From contig OZ245046.1 in NCBI GenBank assembly GCA_965224245.1, positions 3,120,484 through 3,184,483 of the forward strand: DNA of 64,000 nt. The letters run 5' to 3'. The notes beneath the pieces were generated by a model, which saw only the letters and a program-made list of their open reading frames with translations, was not told the origin of the DNA and did not search any database. The translations under genes were made by a program, and so were the position numbers. Each line of letters starts with the position of its first letter. Positions within the stretch are counted from its first letter, which is position 1. Source of the DNA: Candidatus Eiseniibacteriota bacterium (GTDB lineage Bacteria > Eisenbacteria > RBG-16-71-46 > CAZAMP01). Positions 55,129 through 64,000 of this stretch are shown piece after piece.

Positions 55129-58100
55129 TTGCTCAACGCCGTCATCACGTGGTCCTTGAGCCACCGGCTCCTCGTCGTCGCGTTCACGCTCATCCTGATC
55201 GCGACCGGGCTCGGTACCCTGCTGCGCCTTCCGATCGATGCCTTTCCGGACACCACGCCCGTCCAGGTGCAGATCAACACCACGGCGCCCGCGCTCTCCC
55301 CCGTCGAGATCGAGCAGCAGATCACGTTTCCCGTCGAGCAATCCATCGCGGGTCTTCCCGACCTGGACGAGGTTCGCTCGATCTCCAAGTTCGGCCTCTC
55401 ACAGGTCACCGTCACCTTCGAGGACGGAACGGACATCTACTTCGCCCGGCAGCTGGTCATGGAGCGGCTCCAGACCGTGGAGCTACCCGAGGGGATCGAC
55501 CCGCCGAGCATGGGCCCCGTGGCCACCGGTCTCGGGGAGATCTACCACTACCTCGTGACGAGTCCGAGCCACTCACTGGCGGAGCTGACCACCCTCCACG
55601 ACTGGGTGATCAAACCGCGCCTGCGCTCGGTGCCCGGCGTCGCGGAGGTGAATACCTGGGGTGGCGAACGCAAGCAGTACCACGTACTGGCCGACCCCGC
55701 GCGGCTGGTGAAGTACGACCTCACGATGGACGACGTCTTCCGGGCGCTCGAGACGAACAACCTCAACGTGGGCGGTGGGTACATCGTGCAGGCAGGTGAG
55801 CTACACCTGGTCCAGGGGATCAGCCTCACCACCAACCTCGAGGAGATCCGGAACGTGGTCATCGCCGCCCACGACGGCGTTCCGATCCGGGTCCAGGACG
55901 TCGGTCAGGTTCGGGAGGGGCATGAGATCCGGCGCGGCGCCGCCACCGCCAACGGGACCGGAGAGGTGGTGCTGGGACTCGGCTTCATGCTGATGGGCGA
56001 GAACAGTCACGAGGTCACCGAGCTCCTCGACGAACGGATGGCCGAGATCCGCGAGGCCCTGCCCGACGGCGTCGAGGTGACGCCGGTCTACGAGCGGACC
56101 GAGCTCGTGGACCACGTGCTCGACACCGTGCGCGAGAATCTCTTCGAGGGGGCTCTGCTCGTCGTCGGCGTGCTGTTCGCGTTCCTGGGCAACCTGCGCG
56201 CGGGATTGATCGTCGCGTCCGCGATTCCGCTCTCGATGCTCTTCGCGGCTCAGGGGATGATGTGGTTCGGGATCGCGGGAAGTCTCATGAGCCTCGGCGC
56301 CATCGACTTCGGTTTGATCGTGGACAGCTCGGTGATCATGGTCGAGAACAGCGTCCGTCGGCTCGCCACCTCCGACCGCGCGACGCCGGTGCTCGACACC
56401 GTCCGTGACGCCGCGATCGAGGTGCGAAAGCCGACGATGTACGGCGAGCTCATCATCGCGATCGTGTTCCTTCCCGTCCTCACGCTCGAGGGGATCGAGG
56501 GTAAGCTGTTCCGTCCGATGGCCCTCACGCTGCTCTTTGCGCTGGGCGGGTCCCTCGTTCTCTCGCTGACGCTCATGCCCGTCCTCGCGAGCCTGTTCCT
56601 GAAGCGGCGAGAGCAGGAGAGAGAGAACCGCGTCGTCCGTGTCGCGAAGCGTGCCTACGCCCCGGTCGTCGCACTGGCGCTCCGACGGCCGCGCTCGGTC
56701 CTGGCCGGCGCCGCGGTGCTGCTCGTCGCCGGCGCATGCATGATCCCGTTCATCGGATCGGAGTTCATTCCGCGCCTCTCCGAGGGTGGGATCGTCATCA
56801 ACACGGTGCGGCTCTCCGGCGTGTCCCTGGAGGAATCGGTTCGTTACGGAACCCAGATCGAGAAGGCGATTCTCGAGCGCTATCCACACGAGGTCGAGGA
56901 CGTCTGGGTGCGAACGGGGACGGCCGAGGTCGCGACGGACCCGATGGGGATCGAGCTCTCAGACGTCTTCGTCACACTCCACCCCCGCGGCGACTGGACG
57001 CGCGCCAGCACCCAGGATGAGCTGGTGGCACTGATGAGTGACGAGCTCTCCGGGCTCCCCGGCATGCGGCTCATCTTCACCCAGCCGATCGAGATGCGGG
57101 TCAACGAGATGATCGCCGGGATCCGGACAGATCTCGGGATCAAGATCTTCGGCGACGACCTGAACGCACTGCGCGGTATCGCCGCGCAGGTCGGCGAGAT
57201 CATCGGCACCGTCCCCGGAAACGCGGACGCCTACGTCGAGCAGATCACCGGGCAGCCCGTTCTTCAGGTGCGCGTGAACCAGGCAGCCATTGCGCGACAC
57301 GGCGTCTCCGCACAGCACGTCCTCGAGCTCGTCGAGGCGATCGGGGGTGTGACGGTGGGCGAGATCCGCGAGGGGCAGCGCCGCTTCGACCTCGTGGTGC
57401 GGCTCCCCGAGCAGTACCGGAGCGACCCCGCCGCGGTCGCGCGGATCCTCGTTCCCACGGCGACCGGCGGACGCGTACCGCTGCACCGTCTGGCGGACAT
57501 CGTCCACGCCGAGGGACCGTCGACGATCACGCGTGAGTGGCAACGGCGACGCATCGTGGTCCAGTGCAACGTGAGAGGTCGCGACGTCGGGAGCTTCGTC
57601 GAGGAGGCCCGCCAGCGGATCGCCGAGGAGGTCGAGCTTCCGCGGGGCTACTTCGTGAGCTTCGCCGGCCAGTTCGAGCACATGGAGCGAGCCCGGCAGC
57701 GTCTCATGATCGTGGTGCCGGTCGCGCTCCTTCTCGTCTTCTTCCTGCTCTACTCCAGCACGGGGACCCTCCGGGACGCGCTGATCATCTTCACCGGAGC
57801 CCCGTTTGCCGCTCTTGGGGGCATGGTGACGCTGTGGGCGCGCGGCATGCCGTTCACGGTCTCGGCGGGCGTCGGCTTCGTGGCCGTGTCGGGCGTGGCC
57901 ATGCTGGCCGGACTGGTTCTCGTCTCCACGATCACGCGTCACCTACGACGTGGAGTCGCGCTGACCGAGGCGATCGAGGAGAGCGCGCTGACCCGCCTCC
58001 GCCCGATCCTGATGACGACCCTGGTCGCCGCGCTGGGCTTCGTGCCGATGGCCGTCAACACGGGCGTCGGCGCCGAGGTTCAGCGACCGCTCGCAACGGT

Positions 58101-58200
58101 GGTGATCGGTGGAGTCATCACGGCCAACGCGTTGACGCTGGTGTTGCTGCCGGCCATCTACCGCTTGTTCGGCCGGGTGCCGCGCCCGATCGCTGCGTAG
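55129..58200 (+). CDS. Heavy-metal efflux RND transporter, CusA/CzcA family
   Basis: The N-terminus reads MLNAVITWSLSHRLLVVAF. It is 1023 aa with 12 transmembrane helices and two large periplasmic loops, an architecture typical of HME-RND pumps. Confidence 0.85.
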   Translation: MLNAVITWSLSHRLLVVAFTLILIATGLGTLLRLPIDAFPDTTPVQVQINTTAPALSPVEIEQQITFPVEQSIAGLPDLDEVRSISKFGLSQVTVTFEDGTDIYFARQLVMERLQTVELPEGIDPPSMGPVATGLGEIYHYLVTSPSHSLAELTTLHDWVIKPRLRSVPGVAEVNTWGGERKQYHVLADPARLVKYDLTMDDVFRALETNNLNVGGGYIVQAGELHLVQGISLTTNLEEIRNVVIAAHDGVPIRVQDVGQVREGHEIRRGAATANGTGEVVLGLGFMLMGENSHEVTELLDERMAEIREALPDGVEVTPVYERTELVDHVLDTVRENLFEGALLVVGVLFAFLGNLRAGLIVASAIPLSMLFAAQGMMWFGIAGSLMSLGAIDFGLIVDSSVIMVENSVRRLATSDRATPVLDTVRDAAIEVRKPTMYGELIIAIVFLPVLTLEGIEGKLFRPMALTLLFALGGSLVLSLTLMPVLASLFLKRREQERENRVVRVAKRAYAPVVALALRRPRSVLAGAAVLLVAGACMIPFIGSEFIPRLSEGGIVINTVRLSGVSLEESVRYGTQIEKAILERYPHEVEDVWVRTGTAEVATDPMGIELSDVFVTLHPRGDWTRASTQDELVALMSDELSGLPGMRLIFTQPIEMRVNEMIAGIRTDLGIKIFGDDLNALRGIAAQVGEIIGTVPGNADAYVEQITGQPVLQVRVNQAAIARHGVSAQHVLELVEAIGGVTVGEIREGQRRFDLVVRLPEQYRSDPAAVARILVPTATGGRVPLHRLADIVHAEGPSTITREWQRRRIVVQCNVRGRDVGSFVEEARQRIAEEVELPRGYFVSFAGQFEHMERARQRLMIVVPVALLLVFFLLYSSTGTLRDALIIFTGAPFAALGGMVTLWARGMPFTVSAGVGFVAVSGVAMLAGLVLVSTITRHLRRGVALTEAIEESALTRLRPILMTTLVAALGFVPMAVNTGVGAEVQRPLATVVIGGVITANALTLVLLPAIYRLFGRVPRPIAA

Positions 58201-58249
58201 CGGGATCCCTCGCGTACACGCATCACTCGGCTGGCTGCGTTCGTCGACG

Positions 58250-60835
58250 TCAGTCGAGCACGATCTCCCGTGCCGGCTCGCGCAGGTTGTAGCGTGAGCT
58301 CATCACCGCGCCGTACGCGCCGGCGTTCTCGACGAGGAGCACGTCGCCGGGGCGAGTCTCCGGCAGCAGCCGATCGCGTCCGAGCACGTCACCGGTCTCG
58401 CAGATCGGGCCGACCACGTGCGCATGGCCCCCCGGCGGCTCGTCGAGCCGGGTGAGGTTGTGTATCCCGTGCCAGGCTCCGTAGAGCGCCGGGCGGAGGA
58501 GCGAGTTCATGCCGGTCGCGACCCCGATGAACGTGGCGTTGCGCTTGCGTCGAACCTGCGTGACCGGTGCCAGAAGAACGCCCGCCTCGCTGACCAGGTA
58601 GCGCCCCGGCTCCAGACGGAGCGACACCGATCCGATCTCGCGCCGCAACTCGCGCCGCACCTCCGCGAGGAGATGCTCCAGCTCCGGAAGCGCGAGCGAC
58701 GGCTGCCCTGCGCGTTCGGGGACGCCGAGCCCACCGCCCGCGTTGATCCACCGGACGTCCGGGAACCGATCCAGGAACGCGGCGAGGCGGCGGCACGTCG
58801 TCGCCCACGCCGACGGGTCGAGGACGCCGCTCCCGACGTGTGCGTGGAGCCCCACGATGCGCGCCCCGGCGCGCGCGGCCGCCTCGGCGAGCGCGTCGAC
58901 CTCCTCGATCGGATGTCCGAACTTGGAGCGGGCCCCCGCGGTACGGACCTTCTCGTGGTGACCGAGCCCCTTCCCGGGATCCAGGCGGACGCCGATCTCA
59001 CGCCCGGCGAAGAGATCGCCCTGCCCCGAGAGGATCTCCGGGCCGTCGATCACCACCTCGACGCCGGCGTCGAACGCGGCGCGGACCTCGTCGACCGGAC
59101 AGAAGTTGGGCGTGAACGTGATCGGCGTGTCCGAGCCCACCACGTCGATCGCGCGCCGGACCTCGGCCGCCGAGACGCACTCGATCCCGAGCCCCGCCTC
59201 GGCGACCGCGGCGATCACCGCGGGGTGCGCGTTCGCCTTCATCGAGTAGTAGGCCCGCTCGACCGACTCGAGTGTCCGGACGAGACTCTCCGCACGCGCG
59301 CGGACGGTCGGGAGGTCGTAGACGTAACGCGCCGCGCCGTCGGTCGCGAGTTCGAGGAGCGCGTCGCGCCGGCTCGCCCACCAGGGGCGTGACGGCGGTG
59401 GGGGCACGGTCCTCGCGCGGAGCTGCTCCCAGCTCGGGCCATGCCGGAGCCCGGTTCCGGTGGACGTGAAGAGGCAGTCGTGAAGCCGCGCGACCAGCGG
59501 TCGGGCATCCTCCTCGTCCACGACGAAGGAGAGATTCAGATCCGCCGACGAGTCGCTCAGCATGTGGACGCGCCGCTCCTGAAACACCTCGAGCGCCGGA
59601 CCGATCTCGTGGAGCGCGGTCCGGATGCGGCGTCCGACGATCGAGACGACCGCGCACGGGTGGATCACCTTCACCTCGCCGATCTCCTGGAGCTCGGCCA
59701 CGAGGGCGGCGAACGCGCTTCCGTGAACGCCACCAGGGATGCGGTCCAGCGTCACGCTGACGGCGGCCTGCGAGGTCGCGACCAGATCGATCGAGATGCC
59801 GAGCGCCTCGAACGGCGCGAACGCGCGGGCGAGAAACCCCGAGGCGCCCCACATCCGGATCGTCGATAGCGTGAGCATCGTGACGCCGAGCCGGCACGTC
59901 ACGGCCATGACGGCGGGCTGATCGTCTGCGCCCCGATCGATCAGCGTCCCGTCCCCGTCGGGATCCTCGGCGCTGTGGATGCTGAGCGGGATCCCCGCAC
60001 GCGCGACTGGCTCGATCGAGCGGGGATGGATGACCTTGGCGCCCATCGCGGCGATCTCCCGCGCCTCGCGGTATCCGATGCGCCGGACGAGTCGGGCGGA
60101 CGGAACGAGCCGCGGGTCGGCGGTGAAGAGTCCGGGAACGTCCGTGTGGATCTCGAGCGACGACGCGTCCACGAGCGCGGCGAAGAGCGCAGCCGAGGTG
60201 TCGCTTCCGCCGCGGCCCAGGAGGCACGTGTCGCCCTGGGGCGTGCGCGCGATGAACCCCTGGGTGAGGACGACCTCGGCGTCGCCGGCCGCACGGTCCG
60301 CCGCCTCGACGTCCTGGCGAATCGGCACGGTCGCGCTCAGGAAGGAATCGTGCTCCTGGCGACGAGGCTCGGACTCGGCCTCGAGCAGCGTTCTCGCATC
60401 CAGCCAGCGGGTCGGGATGCCCATCGCGTCGAGGGCCGCGGCGCCGAGGGTCGAGGAGGCCAGCTCTCCGATGGCCAGGATGCGCGCCCGGAGGCGGGGT
60501 GACGCCTCGCGCGTCGTGCGGATCCCGCCGAGGAGCGTGTCGAGCTCGTCGAACGACGCCTCCACGGAGGATCGCGGCGGGCTCTCGAGCGCGAGCGCGT
60601 CGGCCAGCGCCCGATGCGTCGCGCGGATCGACTCGGGGAGACTCGACGCCTCGCCGTCGGTCGCCTCGGCGATCGTATCCTCGAGCCGATCCGAGACGCC
60701 GGCGAGGGCGGAGACGACGATCCAGACCCGATGGGTGGGCAGGTGGAGGCGAACCCGCGCGGCGATGTCGTGCCACCGGGAGGCGGTGGAGACCGAGGTG
60801 CCCCCGAACTTGAGCACGATCCAGCGTCGATGCAT
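58250..60835 (-). CDS. Bifunctional aspartate kinase / diaminopimelate decarboxylase (LysC-LysA fusion)
   Basis: The N-terminal aspartokinase reads IVLKFGGTSV and has C-terminal ACT-like repeats. The C-terminal PLP-dependent decarboxylase reads YSMKANAHPAV, GLHAHVGSG, EPGRYLVSEAG and CETGDVLGRD. Confidence 0.85.
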   Translation of the reverse strand: MHRRWIVLKFGGTSVSTASRWHDIAARVRLHLPTHRVWIVVSALAGVSDRLEDTIAEATDGEASSLPESIRATHRALADALALESPPRSSVEASFDELDTLLGGIRTTREASPRLRARILAIGELASSTLGAAALDAMGIPTRWLDARTLLEAESEPRRQEHDSFLSATVPIRQDVEAADRAAGDAEVVLTQGFIARTPQGDTCLLGRGGSDTSAALFAALVDASSLEIHTDVPGLFTADPRLVPSARLVRRIGYREAREIAAMGAKVIHPRSIEPVARAGIPLSIHSAEDPDGDGTLIDRGADDQPAVMAVTCRLGVTMLTLSTIRMWGASGFLARAFAPFEALGISIDLVATSQAAVSVTLDRIPGGVHGSAFAALVAELQEIGEVKVIHPCAVVSIVGRRIRTALHEIGPALEVFQERRVHMLSDSSADLNLSFVVDEEDARPLVARLHDCLFTSTGTGLRHGPSWEQLRARTVPPPPSRPWWASRRDALLELATDGAARYVYDLPTVRARAESLVRTLESVERAYYSMKANAHPAVIAAVAEAGLGIECVSAAEVRRAIDVVGSDTPITFTPNFCPVDEVRAAFDAGVEVVIDGPEILSGQGDLFAGREIGVRLDPGKGLGHHEKVRTAGARSKFGHPIEEVDALAEAAARAGARIVGLHAHVGSGVLDPSAWATTCRRLAAFLDRFPDVRWINAGGGLGVPERAGQPSLALPELEHLLAEVRRELRREIGSVSLRLEPGRYLVSEAGVLLAPVTQVRRKRNATFIGVATGMNSLLRPALYGAWHGIHNLTRLDEPPGGHAHVVGPICETGDVLGRDRLLPETRPGDVLLVENAGAYGAVMSSRYNLREPAREIVLD

Positions 60836-61628
60836 CGTCGTTCTCTCACGTGCTGTGATGAGCGACCGGGATCGGCATGCCGAGCCTGGTCCGGGCCGGC
60901 AACATCCGCCGCTTCATTCGATGCTGGCAGGATACCCGGCATCTCCGGTGCGGCAAGAGAGGAGTGGCATTGCCCGTCGGGGGACGAGCACGGTCCACTC
61001 TGCGCCCGTAGCAGAGAGCTCTCGAAGCAGCGGTACCCCGAGCGCCGGCGCTCGACCTCACGCCGAACAGCGATGCGCCGTCGTGGGCGACCTCGCTCCG
61101 ACGGCCCGCGACCTCGATCGGATCGTCACTCACGCGCCACGACAGGCGGACCCGTGCCTGACGAGCCTCTTCCGCTCGCACGCCGGTCGTAACTGGACGG
61201 GGTGACGCCGAGCATTCTGGAAGGTCTTGGCTCTGGAAAGACGACGGACGGCTCAGGCACACGGCGAAGTCGAGTCAGCGCCAGAGAGCCTCTCTGCCAC
61301 TGCGACTGACCCGACGTTGGGTCCGCTTTCCACGCAGCCCGCCTTCGTCTCCCCATCACGCTCGCATCGCCGTCAGCGCGCCCGCGTCTCTGCGGCTTGC
61401 CCCGCTCGAGTCCGGCCCCGTCCAGGACGCATCTCCTCCCCGTTCTCGACGACGCTGACGGAAGTCTCGGACATGGCGTCCGATCAGCCGCCCGCGTTGG
61501 ACCCGCTCCGGTCGCGCTCCGGGGATTCACCTTCTCGCGGCGTGCTCCTTGCCTTCCCAGTCCACAGAGCAAATAATGGAACTAAGCAACAGTTGCGATC
61601 GTCAACTATCTGAAAAGAGGGACTCGAC

Positions 61629-62099
61629 ATGAGGACTTCGGACATCCGGCTCTTCCGTCGGCTGCTCAGGACACTGTATCGGGCGACGGGCACGGTCGTG
61701 GGGGATTACACGTGCTGCGGGGTGACCCTCGCCCAGTGTCACGTCCTGCTGGACCTGGAGGAGGCCGGCACGACGGCGCCCGGCACCCTTGCGGCCCGCC
61801 TCGGACTGGACAAGAGCACGGTGAGTCGGACCGTTGACGGCCTGGTGGGTATGGGGCTGGTCTCGCGCGATACCGATCCACACGACCGCCGGTATGCCCA
61901 GATCGCACTCACTCGGGCGGGCCGTCGCAAAGCCACTCGAATCCACCGGTCGAACGATGACGCGGTGAGAGCCATCTTCGATCTCATCGATCCGGATCGG
62001 CATCCGGACATCCTGGAGTCGGTTCGCACACTCGTGGATGCCATGGTCGAAGCTCGACGGCAGCAGGCAGAGCGGAAAGCGACCCCGGGCAGGAGGTAG
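61629..62099 (+). CDS. MarR-family transcriptional regulator
   Basis: LAQCHVLLDLEEAGTTAPGTLAARLGLDKSTVSRTVDGLVGMGLVSR is a MarR winged helix-turn-helix. The Cys cluster CCGVTLAQC precedes it. The gene is 156 aa. Confidence 0.8.
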   Translation: MRTSDIRLFRRLLRTLYRATGTVVGDYTCCGVTLAQCHVLLDLEEAGTTAPGTLAARLGLDKSTVSRTVDGLVGMGLVSRDTDPHDRRYAQIALTRAGRRKATRIHRSNDDAVRAIFDLIDPDRHPDILESVRTLVDAMVEARRQQAERKATPGRR

Positions 62100-62125
62100 G
62101 AGAAACCGAAGAGAGAGGTTCGCTC

Positions 62126-64000
62126 ATGAGGACGTACATCTCGCCTCGCCGTCTCGGGGTCGTGCTCGTACAGGTGGCCATCTCGGTCAACAGCGTAGGA
62201 GCGGCCCCCGTAGGTACAAGCGGCTGCACGCCACAACCCGATGGCTGCGGCAGTCCGTCCGCGCAGCTCGCCCAGGGTGACCACCGTATCGTGGATCCCT
62301 CGGGCAGAGCCGAGATTCCCTTCCAGATGTCAGGTCATCATGTTCTCGTCCCGGTCAGCGTGAACGATGGTGAGCCCTTCCTCGTCGTGCTCGACACGGG
62401 CATGCCCATCCGGGGCTTGATCCTCACTCCCGGCCCGCGAACCGACGCGCTTGAGCTCGAGAATCCGCACGGACTCCGCGTGGCCGGTGAAGGCAGCGAT
62501 AGTCGCGACTCCCGGGTAGGGACCGGTGTCACCCTCACCTTGCCGGGCGTCCAGATCTCCGACCAGCTCGTGGCCGTCACGTCTCTTCCGGCCTGCGGCG
62601 GGAATGACGGACAGGATCACCCGAACGACCCCCGCGTCGAGGGTGTGATCGGGCTGTCCATCTTCGAGCGATTCGTGGTGAGGATCGATCATGATCGGTC
62701 GCTCGTGACGCTCGTCGAGCCCGATCAGTTCCGTCACGACGGACGGGGACACGAGATCCCGATCACACTCGGGCCGACGAACATCCCCGAGATCAACTGT
62801 GAGGTGGAGATCGATCCGGGCGAAAGGGTACCGGTGACGATCGCCGTCGATACGGGTGCTGCCCTTGCTCTGTCGCTGACCCTGGGTACTCACGAGGATC
62901 TCCGGCTGCCCGCCGGTAGTCACGACTCCGTCACAGCCTACAGCGCGTGGGGCGAGGTGGAAGGTCGACTCGGAACGATTGCGGCCTTGCGGCTGGGGAA
63001 GCTCACCCTTCCCGACATCCCGGTTGCGTTCTACCGAAAGGGCGACCCGGGAATCCCGCCCTGCGGCGAGCATGGCATCCTGGGGAACGCGACGCTCAGG
63101 CGATTCAACACGACCTTCGACTACGTCCGAAAACGACTCATCCTCGAGCCGAAGCAGCGGTCACACGAGCCCGTCACTGTCCCGGTGGGCAACCTTCGAT
63201 CCTCGACGACCGACACGGCGGTCCCGGATTCGACGGACGAGCTTTCCGACTCCCAAGAGCTGGTCGAAGAAGTCGCTGCATTCGTTCAGCGCCAAGCCGA
63301 CGAGGGGAAGTTCTCGGGCGCCGTCCTCGTCGCGAAGCAGGGAGTCCCGGTGTTCGAGGCCGCGCATGGCTTTGCAAGCCTGGATTACGAGGTCCCGAAC
63401 CGGATCGACACCAAGTTCAACCTCGGCTCGATGAACAAGATGTTCACGAGTGTTGCCATCGCGCAGCTGGCCGAGCTCGGAAGGCTCTCCTTTGATGACC
63501 GGATCGTCGACCATCTCCCCGACTACCCGAACGTCGAGGTCGCCAGACAGGTCACGATCCACCACCTGCTCTCCCACACCTCGGGCCTGGGGAACTACTG
63601 GAGCGAGGAGTACGAGAGGACGTCGAAGGACCGCTTTCGCTCCGTCGAGGACTACCTTCCGCTCTTCGTCGATCAGCCTCTCCTCTTCGAGCCGGGTGCA
63701 CGCTGGTCCTACAGCAACGCGGGCTTCATCGTCCTCGGTCTCATCATCGAGCGCGTGTCCGGACAGAGCTACTTCGACTACGTCCGGGAGAACATCTACG
63801 AGCCTGCCGGCATGACGAACACCGACGCCTACGAGGTCGACCATGTCATCCGCAACGTGGCGGTCGGATACACCCGATCGGGTGAAAGGGAGGGGGAACT
63901 GAAGAACAACCTCTTCATGCACGTCGTGAAGGGAGGGCCCGCCGGCGGCGGGTACTCCACGGTCGAGGATCTCCTGAGCTTCAGCAACGCCCTTCTGGAC
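62126..64000 (+). CDS. Fusion of a pepsin/retropepsin-like aspartic protease (two DTG lobes) with a beta-lactamase-fold serine hydrolase. Partial: it continues past the window end.
   Basis: The open frame from ATG 62126 to the last base is 625 codons without a stop. It is missing from the ORF track. Signal peptide MRTYISPRRLGVVLVQVAISVNSVGAA. The two DTG motifs are LVVLDTGMP and IAVDTGAAL. The hydrolase motifs are SxxK (NLGSMNKMF), HTSG and YSN (WSYSNAGF). GAGAGAGG lies upstream. Confidence 0.7.
   Translation, partial: MRTYISPRRLGVVLVQVAISVNSVGAAPVGTSGCTPQPDGCGSPSAQLAQGDHRIVDPSGRAEIPFQMSGHHVLVPVSVNDGEPFLVVLDTGMPIRGLILTPGPRTDALELENPHGLRVAGEGSDSRDSRVGTGVTLTLPGVQISDQLVAVTSLPACGGNDGQDHPNDPRVEGVIGLSIFERFVVRIDHDRSLVTLVEPDQFRHDGRGHEIPITLGPTNIPEINCEVEIDPGERVPVTIAVDTGAALALSLTLGTHEDLRLPAGSHDSVTAYSAWGEVEGRLGTIAALRLGKLTLPDIPVAFYRKGDPGIPPCGEHGILGNATLRRFNTTFDYVRKRLILEPKQRSHEPVTVPVGNLRSSTTDTAVPDSTDELSDSQELVEEVAAFVQRQADEGKFSGAVLVAKQGVPVFEAAHGFASLDYEVPNRIDTKFNLGSMNKMFTSVAIAQLAELGRLSFDDRIVDHLPDYPNVEVARQVTIHHLLSHTSGLGNYWSEEYERTSKDRFRSVEDYLPLFVDQPLLFEPGARWSYSNAGFIVLGLIIERVSGQSYFDYVRENIYEPAGMTNTDAYEVDHVIRNVAVGYTRSGEREGELKNNLFMHVVKGGPAGGGYSTVEDLLSFSNALLD

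Noticed and set aside
60836-61110. Lysine riboswitch (L-box) in the lysC-lysA leader
   Set aside because: I looked for it because lysC is a classic L-box target. I could not find the conserved AGAGGYGC / CUGUCA / UGGAGGG elements in the reverse-complement leader, so it is reported only as an unexplained long leader.
62330-63922. Minus-strand ORFs 62330-63073 and 63161-63922
   Set aside because: They are antisense to the uninterrupted 625-codon plus-strand frame from 62126, which has clear DTG and SxxK domain motifs.
1-64000. CRISPR arrays, rRNA/tRNA genes, transposases or integrases
   Set aside because: There are no direct-repeat/spacer periodicity, no tRNA-like cloverleaf candidates in the intergenic islands, and no DDE or tyrosine-recombinase motifs in any frame.

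Overview
The window is high-GC (about 70%), gene-dense bacterial chromosomal DNA. Coding sits on both strands, intergenic islands are short and lower in GC, and I found no rRNA, tRNA, CRISPR array, transposase or integrase. The six-frame track is dominated by long Arg/Pro/Gly-rich antisense ORFs, which is typical at this GC. I called genes from recognisable domain motifs and signal peptides, and set start codons from ribosome-binding sites and the frame arithmetic of the ORF track.

The gene content indicates a diderm (Gram-negative-type) bacterium with a large secretome. At least five secreted proteins end in the same C-terminal sorting-like domain of about 75 aa, of the FlgD-Ig / T9SS-CTD type. 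There are two CRTAC1-like FG-GAP/ASPIC proteins, two Hanks-type Ser/Thr kinases (one with a STAND NTPase and TPR repeats), two ECF sigma factors, three TetR regulators with clear palindromic operators, and three beta-lactamase-fold serine hydrolases.

The most interesting candidate systems are these:
- A system of an ECF sigma, a zinc-binding anti-sigma (ZAS, HxxxCxxC motif) and a TPR-CHAT lipoprotein, read divergently from a translationally coupled radical-SAM + hotdog-thioesterase pair.
- A TetR-controlled operon: flavin reductase, an ACAD-fold putative two-component flavin monooxygenase, a TetR, an MMPL/RND exporter fused in frame to a LolA-like periplasmic domain, and an outer-membrane beta-barrel. 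Its upstream region carries reiterated 29-bp operator-like motifs.
- A heavy-metal RND efflux locus with Cys-rich accessory modules.
- A MarR-linked fusion of a two-DTG aspartic protease with a beta-lactamase-fold domain. It runs off the window end and is absent from the ORF track.
- A periplasmic LTXXQ-like protein with a native His8 tract.

All functional calls come from motifs read by eye, with no database searches.
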